64,000 nucleotides of DNA from Hydrolagus colliei. Taxonomy: Eukaryota. The notes under the pieces were generated by a model. That model did no database searches and was not told where the DNA came from. It saw nothing but the letters and a program-made list of their open reading frames with translations. The position numbers were made by a program, and so were the translations under genes. Below, in pieces: positions 40,346 to 53,089 of this stretch. Position 1 is the stretch's first letter. Each line of letters opens with the position of its first letter. The stretch is from the NCBI GenBank assembly GCA_035084275.1, contig CM068759.1, positions 3,596,001 to 3,660,000 of the forward strand, given 5' to 3'.

Positions 40346-41779
40346 ATGCTTCTTGTAAAGATGATTGAGTATGTGGGTTGAAAATTCAACTCAACATTTT
40401 TGAACTGAGAAGGTATTTGGAGCTTCATCATCTTATTACTGGCAGTATTAACAAAGCAGCAATAAATGAGAGACCTTGACTCTGCAGCCTGTAATTAATT
40501 CCATCCGCGCGGATTCTGTTCATCTCGGGCCACCGTCGGCACTCTTTTTGATTTTCATTTCAGCAAAAACCTTATCTTTCTGAAGACCATCTGTTTCCAG
40601 GGCAGTCGAGGACATCTCCACCTTCCAAACACTCGAGATCATTTTGGGAGCAAAATCCTTAGCACTAAATATCATGCCCTCGTAGTGTGAGATAGGAAGC
40701 CACTTACCATTATGCACTTGTCGATGCTCCAGGTGCCAGTGAATGTGCTTAACACGTTGAAAATAGCACTTCAGAGCCGTGCAGAGTGGTGCGTTTATTG
40801 TGAAAGTAGGATAGTCTGCGCTGCTGAGGTTGGTAATGTTATAAAAACATTGGCAGAAGTGCATTTCCACTTTGGCTCAGTGGTTCCACGCCATAAACTC
40901 CCTCAGCTCCCCACCTTCTGTCCAGCCAGCGACTCAATTTTCATCATCTGATTGGTAAATTTGGACTGGGCTGTCCTTCCATGGACTGCAGGCCATTATC
41001 CAACCTGTCATTGACAGTGCCCTGGAGTACTGCAGACCTGCCTAGCTCGGGAACTGCACTGATCCAGACTGTCACAACAGAGGCTGTGCTTGATTCCAAC
41101 ATCGTGTTCATTTCCAAGGAAACCCCACTTCTTCCCACCTCCCCCCAACCGGAGGACAATCAAGTTTGATGTCCGGCAACCGCTAGGTCAGTAAGAAGCA
41201 CCATGTGGTCATCAATTTGCTTGTTGTTGTTCTTAGGGTCACACCTGCAAGACAACTTAAAAACATGGCCTTTGTAGGTTTGTAAAGTGTTCAGGGCAGC
41301 TAGCCAACCATATCATCCAACTTTCTGATAGACCATTTAAAGCAATCGATAGAGCATCCAGTATACCACGCACATTGTGTAACAAACACCCAGGAATGCG
41401 CTTCAGTGCTCAGCAAACAGGATAATTGGTAAATGTTTTTGTATTAAATTGGATGGGTGGTACTTCTGCTTTAAAGATTACCACTCTGATACGTGGATGT
41501 GCTTTTGAAGAACTTCATACTTATTTTTTTACACACACACAGCTAACGAACAGGGAACTGAGTTCCAAGGGGAAGTAATGTAAAATAAGGTGCCTGTATG
41601 ATTGCTCGCTCGTGTGTCTCAGTTGGCCGTTTTAACTGGGTTTTATGTTGTATTCCCAGGCTGTTTTTTCATCCTGCTTTGATTTAATGTTGGCTTTAGA
41701 CTGTGAGCAATACTCTTCACTGGGGACATTTTCATTTACTATTCACTTACATATAGTGCAATTGAGTGTTCACAATGCT

Positions 41780-41890
41780 TAATTTAGGACGACTAACAGC
41801 AGTCAGAAGGACGGGACTTTCATTCCATCTGGTGTTAGATTTGAAGCCAGGCCCTCAAGTGAAACGTAGTGTTTACCTCACTGCAATGAG
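41780..41890 (-). mobile_element. LF-SINE-like 5' fragment
   Basis: Minus strand tttcacttgagggcctggcttcaaatctaacaccagatggaatgaaagt resembles the LF-SINE head as I recall it. Confidence 0.4.
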
Positions 41891-43204
41891 TAATCCGTTG
41901 CAGTTCTACAAGCTTCATAATGATTCCTTATGAAGAATATGCTTCCAGTGCAAACTAAGTGTTTTTCCAGGAACACCAGGAGTATCGCTTGACCGCGACC
42001 ACTTCAATCACCTTTACAAATTGATCGCAAAGCTCTACAGCTTCCCAATTGGAACTGTGTCAGCTATGCCAGTGGGGCTGCCAGTCTCTTGTACTCAGCT
42101 GCCAGTAGTAGGATCACCATGGAGTGAAACAGCAACATCAGTTTACCCAACCTGCTGTGTGACTCTTGCAGATCTTTGTACCTGGCAGCTGCAGCCTGGA
42201 ACTGAGGAAATTCATCTCCACTTTGCCAAGTACACACAGTCTACAGGCAGCCCTTGAATCTGGATCTCTGAGAATAAGACTAAGCCATCACTAGCGCTGT
42301 TTCATAATCTCATTTGCCCCCCCACTCCACAACCCAGCTCCCCTGATTCTTTGTCAGACTCCACCATTGTGAAGCACTCTAGGATGCTAGCCTACCTATG
42401 GGAAAGGTAGGTTGTTGTTGTATTCAACCTTCACTACTTTTGAACAATCTTTCGCTTGGAGTGTTGAATGGTTGTCAGTGTGGCATTGCATAATTCTGTG
42501 CTTCATTCTGTTATCATTCTAGGATGTTTTTTGTAATATATATATGTAAAGAGACCCGCATATTTTCAAGGACAACATACAAACACTTAGTTACAGACCG
42601 AATGGCTAATTATGTGTACCGTAAAGCTGAGCACATTATTCCAAAAATAATGAACCACAACTGCCACCTGCTGGATGGCAATTGCTCCGCATTTATTGTT
42701 CTTCCACGATCTGCATTCGGATGAAAGTATTACAGCAACAACTTTTTAAGTCATAATATTGCAGATTGATTTCCTGTCTTTGCTAACGCTAAAGTATTAA
42801 TTATCTTGGCGAAAATCTAGTGATTGGAATTCTGATTCAATTCATGGAAACCGTGTTCTTTGATTTTTTTTTAAAAAAACATTTTAATTTGAGAATTACG
42901 ACCACTAAATAGTGACGGCACATTGTCTTTTCTACGCAACACACGAAGGAGACATTTAATTGAAATGGGTTGCGAGCTCCCACAATTATTTGCTTGGTAA
43001 AGGCACAACCTGATGTGGAACTCTTCCAACCAGGAAGGTCCAGTTTCCAATGCTTGGTATGAGTAGAGTCTTCTGGTTACCAGCAGGAGACGGCAATTGA
43101 TGTCTTGTGATATTTCCAATTTTCTTACTGAAACCCCAGGATAAAATAGGCCTTCTCCGGGACTGCTTGATTAGCAAAGAAGCTTCACACTTTAGATTCC
43201 CTTA

Positions 43205-43205
<1 letters not shown>

Positions 43206-43243
<38 letters not shown>

Positions 43244-43260
43244 CATATATATCTATAATA
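43206..43260. repeat. (TA)n microsatellite
   Basis: Seen directly in the sequence. Confidence 0.9.
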
Positions 43261-43284
43261 TACACACTGTGCATTTTCACTAAT

Positions 43285-43396
43285 CCACCCCCAAAATATA
43301 CAGTCAATTAACTTTACACTATATTCTGCGAATTGCTTTGAGACGTCTCAAAGATATGATTAGGCGCTATGTCAAATGCAAGGATTATTATTATTC
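43285..43396 (+). mobile_element. SINE 3' fragment
   Basis: atatacagtcaattaactttac...gagacgtctc...aaatgcaaggattattattatt. Confidence 0.8.
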
Positions 43397-44124
43397 TTGC
43401 TTTAACTGAAGCTATATTCATTTAAATGCTTCTTTGAACCACAGTAGTGTATATACTTTGTGTTGCTTGAAATAACCCTCTGATTACCACCACCAGGGCA
43501 TTACCATGGAACAATGTACAAATTCAACGATGTTATCTGTTAAAATATTTTCAATCTATTTAATTATTTCTTGCACTTATGTTAATTTAATGGATTCAAC
43601 CAGGTTCTGGTATAATTGAATACTTAAGGTACTTGATACTGGATAAATGCCTCACTGAGGCTCTGGTAAAACTGCAATTAATAGTGGGCTCATCGCTGCT
43701 GTAATTGTTTGTTTATGAGTAACAGACTCTACCTCAAAAGTTCTGTCTCTCGTAAATCAAAATGCTGTTAATCATGCATTTGCCATTTAACAGAATTTAC
43801 TATAATAACTCAATCCAGAGAAATAGATTCCATTTAGTAGTGAAATTATTTGTATTCGAAGCCCCGCTAAATTGCTCAGTCTCTTTGCAGGAGAGTTGTG
43901 ATAAAGGGAATGGAGCTTTGCAGTGCGACCAAGACAGTTGACTATTATGAATATAATATCCGTTTGAGTCCACGATGGTACCCATTCTCCAGTTGTCTTA
44001 ACCCATTTTACCTCTAACTAACAGTTGTGGTCACAACCATCCGCCAAAGTAAACTCCCCGTGTCTTCACATGCGACAACATCCACACTTGTGGTAGGATG
44101 TACATGGCAAAAATCATACTCTAA

Positions 44125-44226
44125 AACTAAAACAGACGTTGCTGGGGAAACTCAGCAGGTCAGGCAGCATCCATGGAGAAAGGAAAGCGAGTCAACGTTT
44201 TGGGTCCACGATCCTTCGTCAGAACT
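44125..44226 (-). mobile_element. Penelope-like element terminal repeat with a decayed minimal hammerhead ribozyme
   Basis: Plus strand aaacagacgttgctgg...ctcagcaggtcaggcagcatc. Minus strand AGTT-CTGACGA-aggatcgtggaccc-AAAACGTT-GACT. Confidence 0.65.
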
Positions 44227-45251
44227 CACCATCACACTCTCCCAATTTAAGAAGTTTGTGATGGAATCCAGAAAATATGAAATGACCCAGACAAGCCATT
44301 AACCCCCCCCCACCTCCCCCCAGCTTGTATCTATCCAAATAATATGCCCAGTTTGTAAAGCTTGGAAGAGATTTTTCTTCTAGAGTGATTCAGTGAGACA
44401 CTTGGCTTGTACTTCATGCTCCTAATTGCTTTGTCCGCAAAGAGTGTAGTCTAAATCGGGTATCATTACCACGATCTGGAAGCAAACTCAGCTGGAGCCA
44501 AGTTGCGAATTATTTGCTTTTCTCTATCTCAAGCAGCACATTTATTCACATTGCCTCAGTATAAATGCAGACTCTGGCCTCTGCTCAAAAACAATCCCTC
44601 AACAGTTCTTGGGTAAGACTGCCCCAGGAATATGTATGGAACTTTTTCTTAATGTTATTAAAGAATCCATTTAATCCCATTAAACCTTGCTATCGTTCCC
44701 AGCTGGAGTTTGGAGCACAAGCCTGGCTGAGAATGTTCACACCTCCCTGCTCAACCCTGACTACTGCGATATATTGAGCATCCAGCTTCTAATCACTTTA
44801 CTGCTGGAAGCTACAACCAGTCATGTACAGCAAAAAGTTAATCTACCAGTTCTGTCCCATCACTATTCTTACAGGTCTGATCTATTGTCCTTAATCCGAC
44901 TGGAGTGAAAGAAAACTATTATTCAATCCTCGATCTGTACGTGGGTAGCCAGCAATATCTCCAACAGTGCCTTGATTGGAATATTGAAACGGCTCATTCT
45001 TGAGTTAAGCGCTTTGCAGTAGCCACCAAGCGCCTTTCAGATAAATCTTTGAACAAAGCTGGAAATATTCTTAGTGTCCAGATAATATTTGCATTGTTTG
45101 CCGTGCTTGATATTTGATTGTTGGCTATTCCAAGTTCATTTTCTTTTAAATGCGAAACAGAAAAATTAAAGGGGCATTTACACATCGCAGATAACACGGT
45201 GCAAACGCTGTTCTGGTTGATGAACGGGATTGATTCTGGATTATGAAAAAT

Positions 45252-45355
45252 ATTAATAATCCTTGCCTTTGATACAGTGCCTTATCACCACTTTGAGATG
45301 TCTCGAAGCTTTATTCACAGTAAAAGGGAATTGACTGTGTATTTTTTGGGGCGAA
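45252..45355 (-). mobile_element. SINE 3' fragment
   Basis: aataatccttgcctttgatacagtgcc...aattgactgt...ttttggggcgaa. Confidence 0.7.
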
Positions 45356-46341
45356 TCATTTGGTTTCACACGCTAAGAACTGAAATTGCCATTTGTGTGT
45401 TGATAGCGTGTCATTTTTTTTAAGATTGGACGGTTAATTGGGATAATTTTCTGAAAATAGTAACGAGGGTTAAGACCGGCCAAAAAACTGATGTGTCCAC
45501 AGTTTTTCCAATCTGTTGCACTAAAATTACTTGATGAGCATCTGTAATTGCGCTAAGAAATCCCCAATACGTTTTTCGTGTATATTCACTATCCTGGTGC
45601 TGTTTATCCGTAAGCATCCAAGGATAATAATCTATCATTTGAAGAATGCATTCAAATAATGCCTTGAAGGTACAGCTGACTATGATGAATAGCACTGCAA
45701 CGTACGCTGAATATTCCAGCTCCTGAGCGCAAAAAATTACCTTTTTTTTAGAGTTAAATCTTGATAAACAAGTTGCTGCTTTGTTGAGACTGTTCGTATT
45801 TGGATCAGGGGTTTTCTGAAGCTTGAAGATTAACACAGTCCCTTTTACAGAAAAAAATGTTTGTACTCTTGCTCATTTCATTTTCCATTCAGCAATTGAA
45901 TCTAAGCAGAAAATCAACATTTATAACAACTAGCTTCACTTCAAATGATTGCTGCTGTCTCTTGGCGAGATTTAACAATTGATAGATTATATTCGATGCA
46001 TTGGTCATTAAAATTGAAAAATGGTGGTATTTTATGATGAGATCAGGTTTTTTGTGTTTAAAAGTTATGCCTAGATAGGGAATGGTGTATTGCGATGAAT
46101 AGGTAGTGATTTAGAGCATTAGAATTCTAGCATTTATCTAAATTGGCGATTAGTTTTTATTAGTTTTATACATCACGGAAGGAACAGTACCTGTTTAAAA
46201 AGTACCCGTTTAAACACATAACTTTTTTTAAAAAAAAAAAACAATGTCTCTTATCAAATTAGTTATTTTACTGAATGATTATGTATGAAGAAATAAGGAA
46301 TTGTATATTTAATTTTGCTCATTCTTCTAAATTGTGAATTA

Positions 46342-46458
46342 TAATAATATAATAATAATCTGTGCATTTGATATGGGGATTTATTGTGTCTTCAAGACAT
46401 CTCATTGCGCTTTGCAGAATATTCTGTAAAATGAATTGATTGTATATTTTGTGGGTGC
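46342..46458 (-). mobile_element. SINE 3' fragment
   Basis: aataataatctgtgcatttgatat...cagaatattctgtaaaatgaattga...tttgtggg. Confidence 0.7.
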
Positions 46459-46489
46459 CTTTTGTTTCATAAGCTGAAGTTAGCCCTGT

Positions 46490-46675
46490 TGGAGCAATGG
46501 ATCGAGCTAAAATGTGTGGAGACCAGGATCTAGTTGGTTCAAATCCTGCTCTGTTGTGAGTTTGCTAATCTCAGCTAAAATTGCATGTGGATGCAAACAT
46601 TGGCTTAGCTTTCCAGTGCTATGGAGGGAAAATAGCCAGAGTTCCCATTCCTCGTCCCACTCCAGCACCCTGGCG
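46490..46675 (+). mobile_element. Old SINE-like fragment of a different family (a related minus-strand copy may lie near 15450-15660)
   Basis: B box GGTTCAAATCC followed by gagtttgctaatctcagct...ggaaaatagccagagttcc. Confidence 0.4.
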
Positions 46676-47111
46676 TCCACAGGTCAGGTGTGACAGGTCA
46701 GGCCTGGCTGTCATGCCTTCTGTAGTTTGTAAGGGCTCACTAGGAGGGTAGCCAGTGTACGTGGAATCAAACCCGAGCAAGAGAAAGCCAGACAAGCCAG
46801 ACATGAGCGACCGCAGAGAAAATTGGAAAAATAATCAGGCACTGTAACGATCATTCATTTTCATTCAAGCTTTGGTATGAAAGCCGCACTGTAAAAACCT
46901 ACCATCTCTGTGAATATCTGTGGACGCTGTTAATTAAAATCCAGTGGAAAACCACCGGGCCAATTCATTCTTCATGATTACAACAGCCAACTTTTGCCTC
47001 AGAAGCTACTCAATCCTGGAGCGTTAAAATCGTACAATCAGGTGCCTGGGCTGAGTGTATCAGGTCCAACTTGTCCCCACCTCAGGGAACAGAGTTTGCG
47101 ATGGCCGCAGT

Positions 47112-47225
47112 AAATAATAATAACAAATTCATTTGCACAGTGTGTGTGTGTGTGTGTGTGTGTGTTGAAGCGCTCTGAGACGCCGTCTGGTGGGAGGGCG
47201 CTATATAAATGGAAGTTTTTGTTGT
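47112..47225. repeat. (TG)n microsatellite between a short minus-strand tail and a plus-strand L2-type tail
   Basis: aataataataacaaattcatttgcacag-(TG)n-gaagcgctctgagacg...gcgctatataaatggaagtttttgttg. Confidence 0.6.
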
Positions 47226-47807
47226 ATAATCTACATAGAAAGAAATAGCCTCACTCGCATTTTATTGTTAATCCACCCCACCCCACTCCCAGCCAATGTA
47301 TATTTTATAGAAATCAAGCTACGAAAGTGTGCGACCTGTGGAATATGACCTCAAAGTACAGCAATAAGTCAAGACTAGACAGACTGGTGAAGAAAAAAGA
47401 TGATGATCAAGAAAGTGTAACACTCTTTGTGTTGTGAGGCAGAGCCATCTGCCAAAACCTTATAAATAAGAATGAATATACAGATCACAAAATAAATTTA
47501 GAACTGGGCATGAATTAGCCATTAAAAAATATCATCAGCCGTATATCAATGCCTTCCTCAAGCTCAGCTCACTTGTCTGGTAATTTTTGTAGTGTCTGTG
47601 GGGTGAGATTATCCTTTCAACATATTCAAAACAGCACATCACATCTATTGGCTGTCTTGTACTTATGATTATTACTCCACAAAATATATACCTTCAATCC
47701 CTCTGTTCATCTTCTAAAATATATCAGCCAAAGGGATTTTTTTTTAATGTCAGTTCTACTTCAACATGCTGCCTTATCTGAGCATGATTCATCAACACAA
47801 CATGTAC

Positions 47808-48350
47808 AGAATCATAGAATCATAGAATCATAGAATTTTACGGCACAAAAGGAGGCCATTCGGCCCATCTAGTCTGTGCCGGTTCTTTGAAAAGAGCGAT
47901 TCAATCCCACTGCCCTGCCCGCTCCCCATAGCCTAATAGACCCGTTCTCCCTAAATAAAGATCTAATTCCCTTTTAAAAGTTGTTATCGAATCAGCCTCC
48001 ACCACCTTTTCAGGCAATGCATTCCAGATTCGAACAACTCGCTGAGTGAAAAAATTTCTCCTCAGCTCCCCTCTACTTCGCCTTGAAACTATTTTAAATC
48101 TGTGACCACGAGTCACAGATTCACCCACGAGTGGAAATAGTTTTTCTCTATTTGCCCTGTCGAAACCCCTCATGATCTTATAAACCTCTATTAGGTCTCC
48201 CCTCAATCTTCTCTGCTCCAGAGAGAATAACCCTAGCCTATCTAGCCTCTCCTCATAGCTGAAGTCCCTCAATCCTGGCACCATCCTAGTAAATCTTCGT
48301 TGTACCCTTTCCAATGCCTTCACATCCTTTCTGTAGTGTGGTGACCAGAA
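47808..48350 (-). mobile_element. 5'-truncated young CR1 LINE (ORF2 C-terminus, 3' UTR, (ATTCTATG)n tail)
   Basis: Uninterrupted FWSPHYRKDVKALERVQRRFTRMVPGL...LEQRRLRGDLIEVYKI...FFTQRVVRIWNALP (ORF 47901-48323); octamer tail repeats at 47808-47837. Confidence 0.95.
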
Positions 48351-48543
48351 ATACGAAAGAGTCTGCTATTTGAAGTTTAACTTTGTAAAACATGAATGTA
48401 CAGTGCCTGAACTCTGAAATACATTGTTTGGGAGATAAAATGATACACTGCCACTAACTTTTTGCCACGTGACTCGTGAATTATTTGAAAGGATCCATCC
48501 GCAAATTTATTTTGGTTCAAGAACTGACAGTAATTTAGTTTGT

Positions 48544-48880
48544 GGAGTCCTGTAGCTCAGTGGTTAGAGCACTTGCCTTACAAGCATTAAACCTGTGTTT
48601 CGAATCCAGGCAGGTCAGGGCGAAACCTTGGGCAAGCCCTTGGGCAAGCTTCCTTACTCCACATGCCTAATAATAATCCGTCCCCAAAAAAACTATAATA
48701 CAGTAACTTGGTCATTTCAATCCACGACTGTTGCGGGGAAACTGCTGTGCGCAATTAGCTGCTGCGTTTCGCCCACAAATATACAGTTAATTCACTTTAC
48801 AGTATATTCTGTGAAGCGCTTTGAGACGTCTAGAAGACGTGAAAAGCTCTACATCAAATGCAAGGATTATTATTATTAGT
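48544..48880 (+). mobile_element. Full-length tRNA(Val-like)-headed Deu-domain SINE
   Basis: GGAGTCCTGTAGCTCAGTGGTTAGAGC...TTCGAATCC head, tgctgtgcgcaattagctgctgcgtttc Deu core, L2-like tail ending (TTA)n. Confidence 0.92.
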
Positions 48881-49104
48881 TGCTGATAACCAAATTACTT
48901 TCTACCAGACATCAGACAGTTCACTCATTACTACAAGGTCTCTGAGGAGGGTAGGGTCAGAATCTGCAGACAATAATTCTTCAGCATCTTTCACCCTTGA
49001 TTTGGGGATGACGACCTGTTTAATATATGAAAAAGATACTGTGTAACTATAAGATGGCTCTTAGTAGATGTAATAAGAAGATTAGATTGGGGATCATCTT
49101 TATC

Positions 49105-49365
49105 CAGAGGTATATTCTGAGAAGATGTCTAGAAGACGTGAAAAGCACTATATCAAAAGCAAGGATTATTATTTTAGTATCATAATTTGGAACTCATTGT
49201 CAGAAGCTGTGTTTGAAGCAGAAAAAAAAAATGTATTTAAAAAGCAAACCTGCATCCAAGGAAAGAGGGGTGTCGGTGTAGGGAATAGGAGGCCAAGGGA
49301 GTGGGTAAACATGTACGGCTGAATAGCCTATTTCTGTACAATATCATTCCATATAGTTCTATGTT
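49105..49365 (+). mobile_element. SINE tail (49105-49175) followed by a degraded CR1 3' end
   Basis: gtctagaagacgtgaaaagcac; tttggaactcattgtcagaagctgtgtttgaagcag...ggctgaatagcctatttctgt. Confidence 0.65.
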
Positions 49366-50721
49366 TGTAAATTATACCAAACCTATTGACTCCAAAACAA
49401 GTGCTTCTGAGCCCCGAGGGTAACTGATATCAGTGAGTGGTTTCATCACCTCAAACTGCTCAATTCAAGTGGGTTGGTAATGGGTTTTTTTGATGGGCAC
49501 ATATAACATCACACCTGACCAGACTACTAGTAAGCATTTTTCAGAGGAAACTCGGAATACCATCGAATGACAACCTCCCTTAATGGAACTGCAAAATAAG
49601 TTGACTGCCCTTCCCCCTCCACATTTCTACATCTGCGGCTGCAGTTGTCAGAACGCATTGAACAATTGGAGTATGCAATTCCATGTAAAAATGCAGTGTT
49701 TGCTTGGTAATTCTCAGTCCTTGTCATATTTCAAAATAAGGTGGATCGGCAGACACTATTTTTTACATTACTGTCAAAGAGTGAGATATCTGTGCAGTTG
49801 GGCTTCACGACGCAAAGCCTGATGGTTTCGTATGTTGCCTCCAATTTCTCATTGTAAGCTTCACTGCAATGTAAATCCCAAACTTAATTTAAACTGTACC
49901 TGTGCTAAAGGAATCTTGTGAAACTTTCAGACGTTAATCTACCTTTCCGTCCTGAATTTATAAATGAATTGTTTATTCTTGTATATAATCAAAATATTGT
50001 TTCAAATACCTGACCGTGTTTTCCAACATTAACTTGTAAAAATGTATTAGCTTTCAGATTGAGTTTCCATATCTACAAAATATTTAATCCACAGCATTGA
50101 TATTTGCAAATATCGATGATGTCTTTCTTGGGGGAAAAAAACCTTGCGATTCCCTTTGGTCGAAGTGTGCCGCTGGATATACTAACTTAAATCACTTTGA
50201 TGCACACAAAGTGTACTTGCAAAACGTGTTTCTGTGGAGAAAACTGCTCATTAATCCGTTGCTAACGTTTTCATGCTGACAGGATAACTTTAATTTGAAA
50301 GAAAAGGAATAACGAGTTGCGAGAGGCTTGTAAAACCAGCCTTAATTATGTTGCATCAAATGACCATTCAAGTTCACTGAGAATATGTAAAATGATTGAG
50401 AATTTAGAATAATGATACTTCTAACATTATAAAAACTCAGATGGAATTGATACTGGCAATCTTGGCTGAGATTATTTATATGCGGTTTTGCTGGCTGTTT
50501 CACAATTACGTGAACATTTAAATCCCATTTTAATGAACAGCTTCTAGCATCAAAGCTCAACAGTGAAGCCGGGATCAGAACCGAGAAATCGACCCAAATG
50601 ACTCACGGAAAAAGATTAACTGCACAAATGTATTATTTTGTTCAGCCGGGTGTCTGACGCATGCTGAAACCTATCACCTTGGCTTGAGAGTATCCAAATT
50701 CAACTGAGAATTTCCCTTATC

Positions 50722-50782
50722 TAATAATAATAATCCTTGCATTTGATATAGCGCTTTTCACATCTTATCAACGTCTCAAATA
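50722..50782 (-). mobile_element. SINE tail fragment
   Basis: aataataatccttgcatttgatatagcgcttttcacatc. Confidence 0.8.
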
Positions 50783-51772
50783 TATCTATATATAGCCGCT
50801 CAAGCAGCTAAGACCACCCTACCCATTCAAGCTTTGGCTTGCACGGTTAACAGGAGATCAGTGGGAAGAATCCTTGCTCCAGTCCTCCCTTACAAGACCA
50901 GCCTATGACCTAGCCTGGTTTGTGTGTTATCCACAGTACCCTAGTGTATACCGCAGACACACTCAGCTCACGACTGCTGAAATCGCAACAGAAGATTCAC
51001 TGAGTTCCGACAATCTGTTGCCGAGCCCATGAGCACAAAGCTAGCTCAGCCCCAAGAAGAACCCTCTTACCTTCACTCTCCACCCATTCCCAAGTCGTTT
51101 GGTTGGTTGTACATATGTCGAAGAATCTAAATTATATACGATTGGGAGATTATCTTTTCTACCAAGAGAGAGGAAGAAAAGAGGGAACGTAAAGAAAGCA
51201 GAAAGAATTTCTGCTAGTAACAGGCAAAAATTTCAGATCCTGAATTTCAAGACTCCTGAAATCATCTTGTGTATTAAAACCCACTTGTCTTATCAAGCAA
51301 GATTTGACCGACTGTTTGTTGCCTTGTGTGTTGGAAGGTCATTCTCTAAGATGAAAATCTTTGCTGGTCAGAAAGCGGGGGGCAAGAATGTGAAGGACAC
51401 CATGAAAATACACAGTATGATTTATTACCACACATTCAATTCACGGAAAATGAAAGGACACGCCGACATTCTGCGAGTGACCTTGCCGCTCATTTGTATC
51501 GATTGGGAGGAATGTATTTTTATTTGAAAGCTGTGATAGACTTTTGTTTAATTAATACAGTAGTCGTTCCACCCAATTTTTACCTTTCTGAAAAGAAAAC
51601 TTTAAATAAAAGGACCAAAAGTGTCAATAAAATCAATTTTAAAAAGCACAGATGTTAATAAAAGAAAGTACAACAGTGAGAAAGAAAAACTTCAACACTG
51701 TCACATTACATATACACTGCAATTAATAGCCGCCAGATCAATTTAGTTAATTCTTCTTCATTAAATGCTGTG

Positions 51773-51945
51773 AATAATAATAATAATCCTTGCATTTGAT
51801 ATAGCGCTTTTCATGTCTTCTAGATATCACAAAATGCTTCACAGAATATACTGTGAAGTGAATTGACTATATTATTTGTGGGCGAAATGCATCAGACAAT
51901 TACACGCAGCAGCGTCCCACAAACAGTCGTGGAGTGAGTGACCCC
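51773..51945 (-). mobile_element. SINE 3' half
   Basis: Tail plus Deu core, matching 48700-48880. Confidence 0.85.
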
Positions 51946-52769
51946 CAAGTTGTTTTTTCTTGAGGTATCATTGTCGTTAACCAATATTTTTCTTAGCATG
52001 TTTTATAAATACTCTCACCTTCAGACACACAGCCATTCATTACTATTTACAGTAAATCGTGTGTAGTTCTTTGAGAGACAATCTCTCAACATAATCAAAC
52101 TGTTATCAAACGCAAGGGTTAAGAAGGAGAAAGGGTGGTGGTCTATCGTGGGCGGAGGTTGGGGCAGGAATCTTTCCTATAGAGGAAAATATTCTGGTTC
52201 TGATCCAAGTCAATCCCCAAAAGTTTCTGATCCATGTTTCTCCCTTGAATATTGGTGGACGTGTTGTCGTTTGCAAACATTTCTGTTTCGTAAACAGTTT
52301 GGAGATAATTTAAGAACACTTGTGCATAATTTCACTCTATTGCTGCATAATAGTCCCAAGTGGCGAAGCTCAATGTGTCAGTCAGTATTCTACCCTCTTA
52401 TCATTTAATTAATGTCTTCTGGAAAGGTTAATAACTTTACCTCTTTACACTGCCAGGACACAGTGTTGCCAATCAGGATCAATGCACCTTCTTTCAATGT
52501 TATTTGTGTAGAATTGTTAAATAATACCGAAATAGCTATTTAAAAGGATGAATGGAAATTAATTCCCAGTAACACTTTTCTAATTGTAGTTCAACAGTCA
52601 GGTCAGGTTTGCAATGAGACAATCACAATTCTCGGAAAACTTTTTAAACTTAGTTGCACATCGAATTTGACAACTTAAGCAACTCTCACTGGGCAGCAAG
52701 AGGAAAGGGGGAAAAAAAATCAGGTTCAAGTGGAAAAAACCACACACTGAGATGCATTGAAAGGTAATT

Positions 52770-53089
52770 TAATAATGATAATAATAATCCTTGCGTTTGA
52801 TATAGCACTTTTCACATCTTCCAGATGTTTCAAAGTGCTTCACAGAATATACTGTAAAGTGAATTGACTGTATATTTGTAGACAAAACGATGGAGGCAAC
52901 CAATTGTGCACAGCAGCGTCCCACAAACAGTCATGGATTGAAGTGGCCAATTTCTTTTTTTTGTTGTTGAGGGTTTATTATCAGGTGTGTGAGGTAAGGA
53001 AACTTGCCCAAATTTTGACCCTGCCAGGAATTGAGCCCAGGTTTCTCGCTCGTAAGGCGAGTGTTCTAACCACAGAGCTACAGGACTCC
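52770..53089 (-). mobile_element. Full-length tRNA(Val-like)-headed Deu SINE
   Basis: Anticodon arm CTCGC-CTTACGA-GCGAG (TAC anticodon), Deu core, tail. Confidence 0.9.

Noticed and set aside
47901-48323. Standalone 140-aa protein gene
   Set aside because: It is the C-terminal fragment of CR1 ORF2 in a 5'-truncated insertion.
48544-48617. tRNA-Val(TAC) gene (also at 39859, 11863, 28245, 53089)
   Set aside because: Each head continues into a SINE body and the acceptor stems are imperfect; these are SINE heads.
51070-52285. Minus-strand exon-like segments near 51070-51127 and 52145-52283
   Set aside because: They lie downstream of the identified terminal exon and show no convincing cadherin similarity or phase chain.
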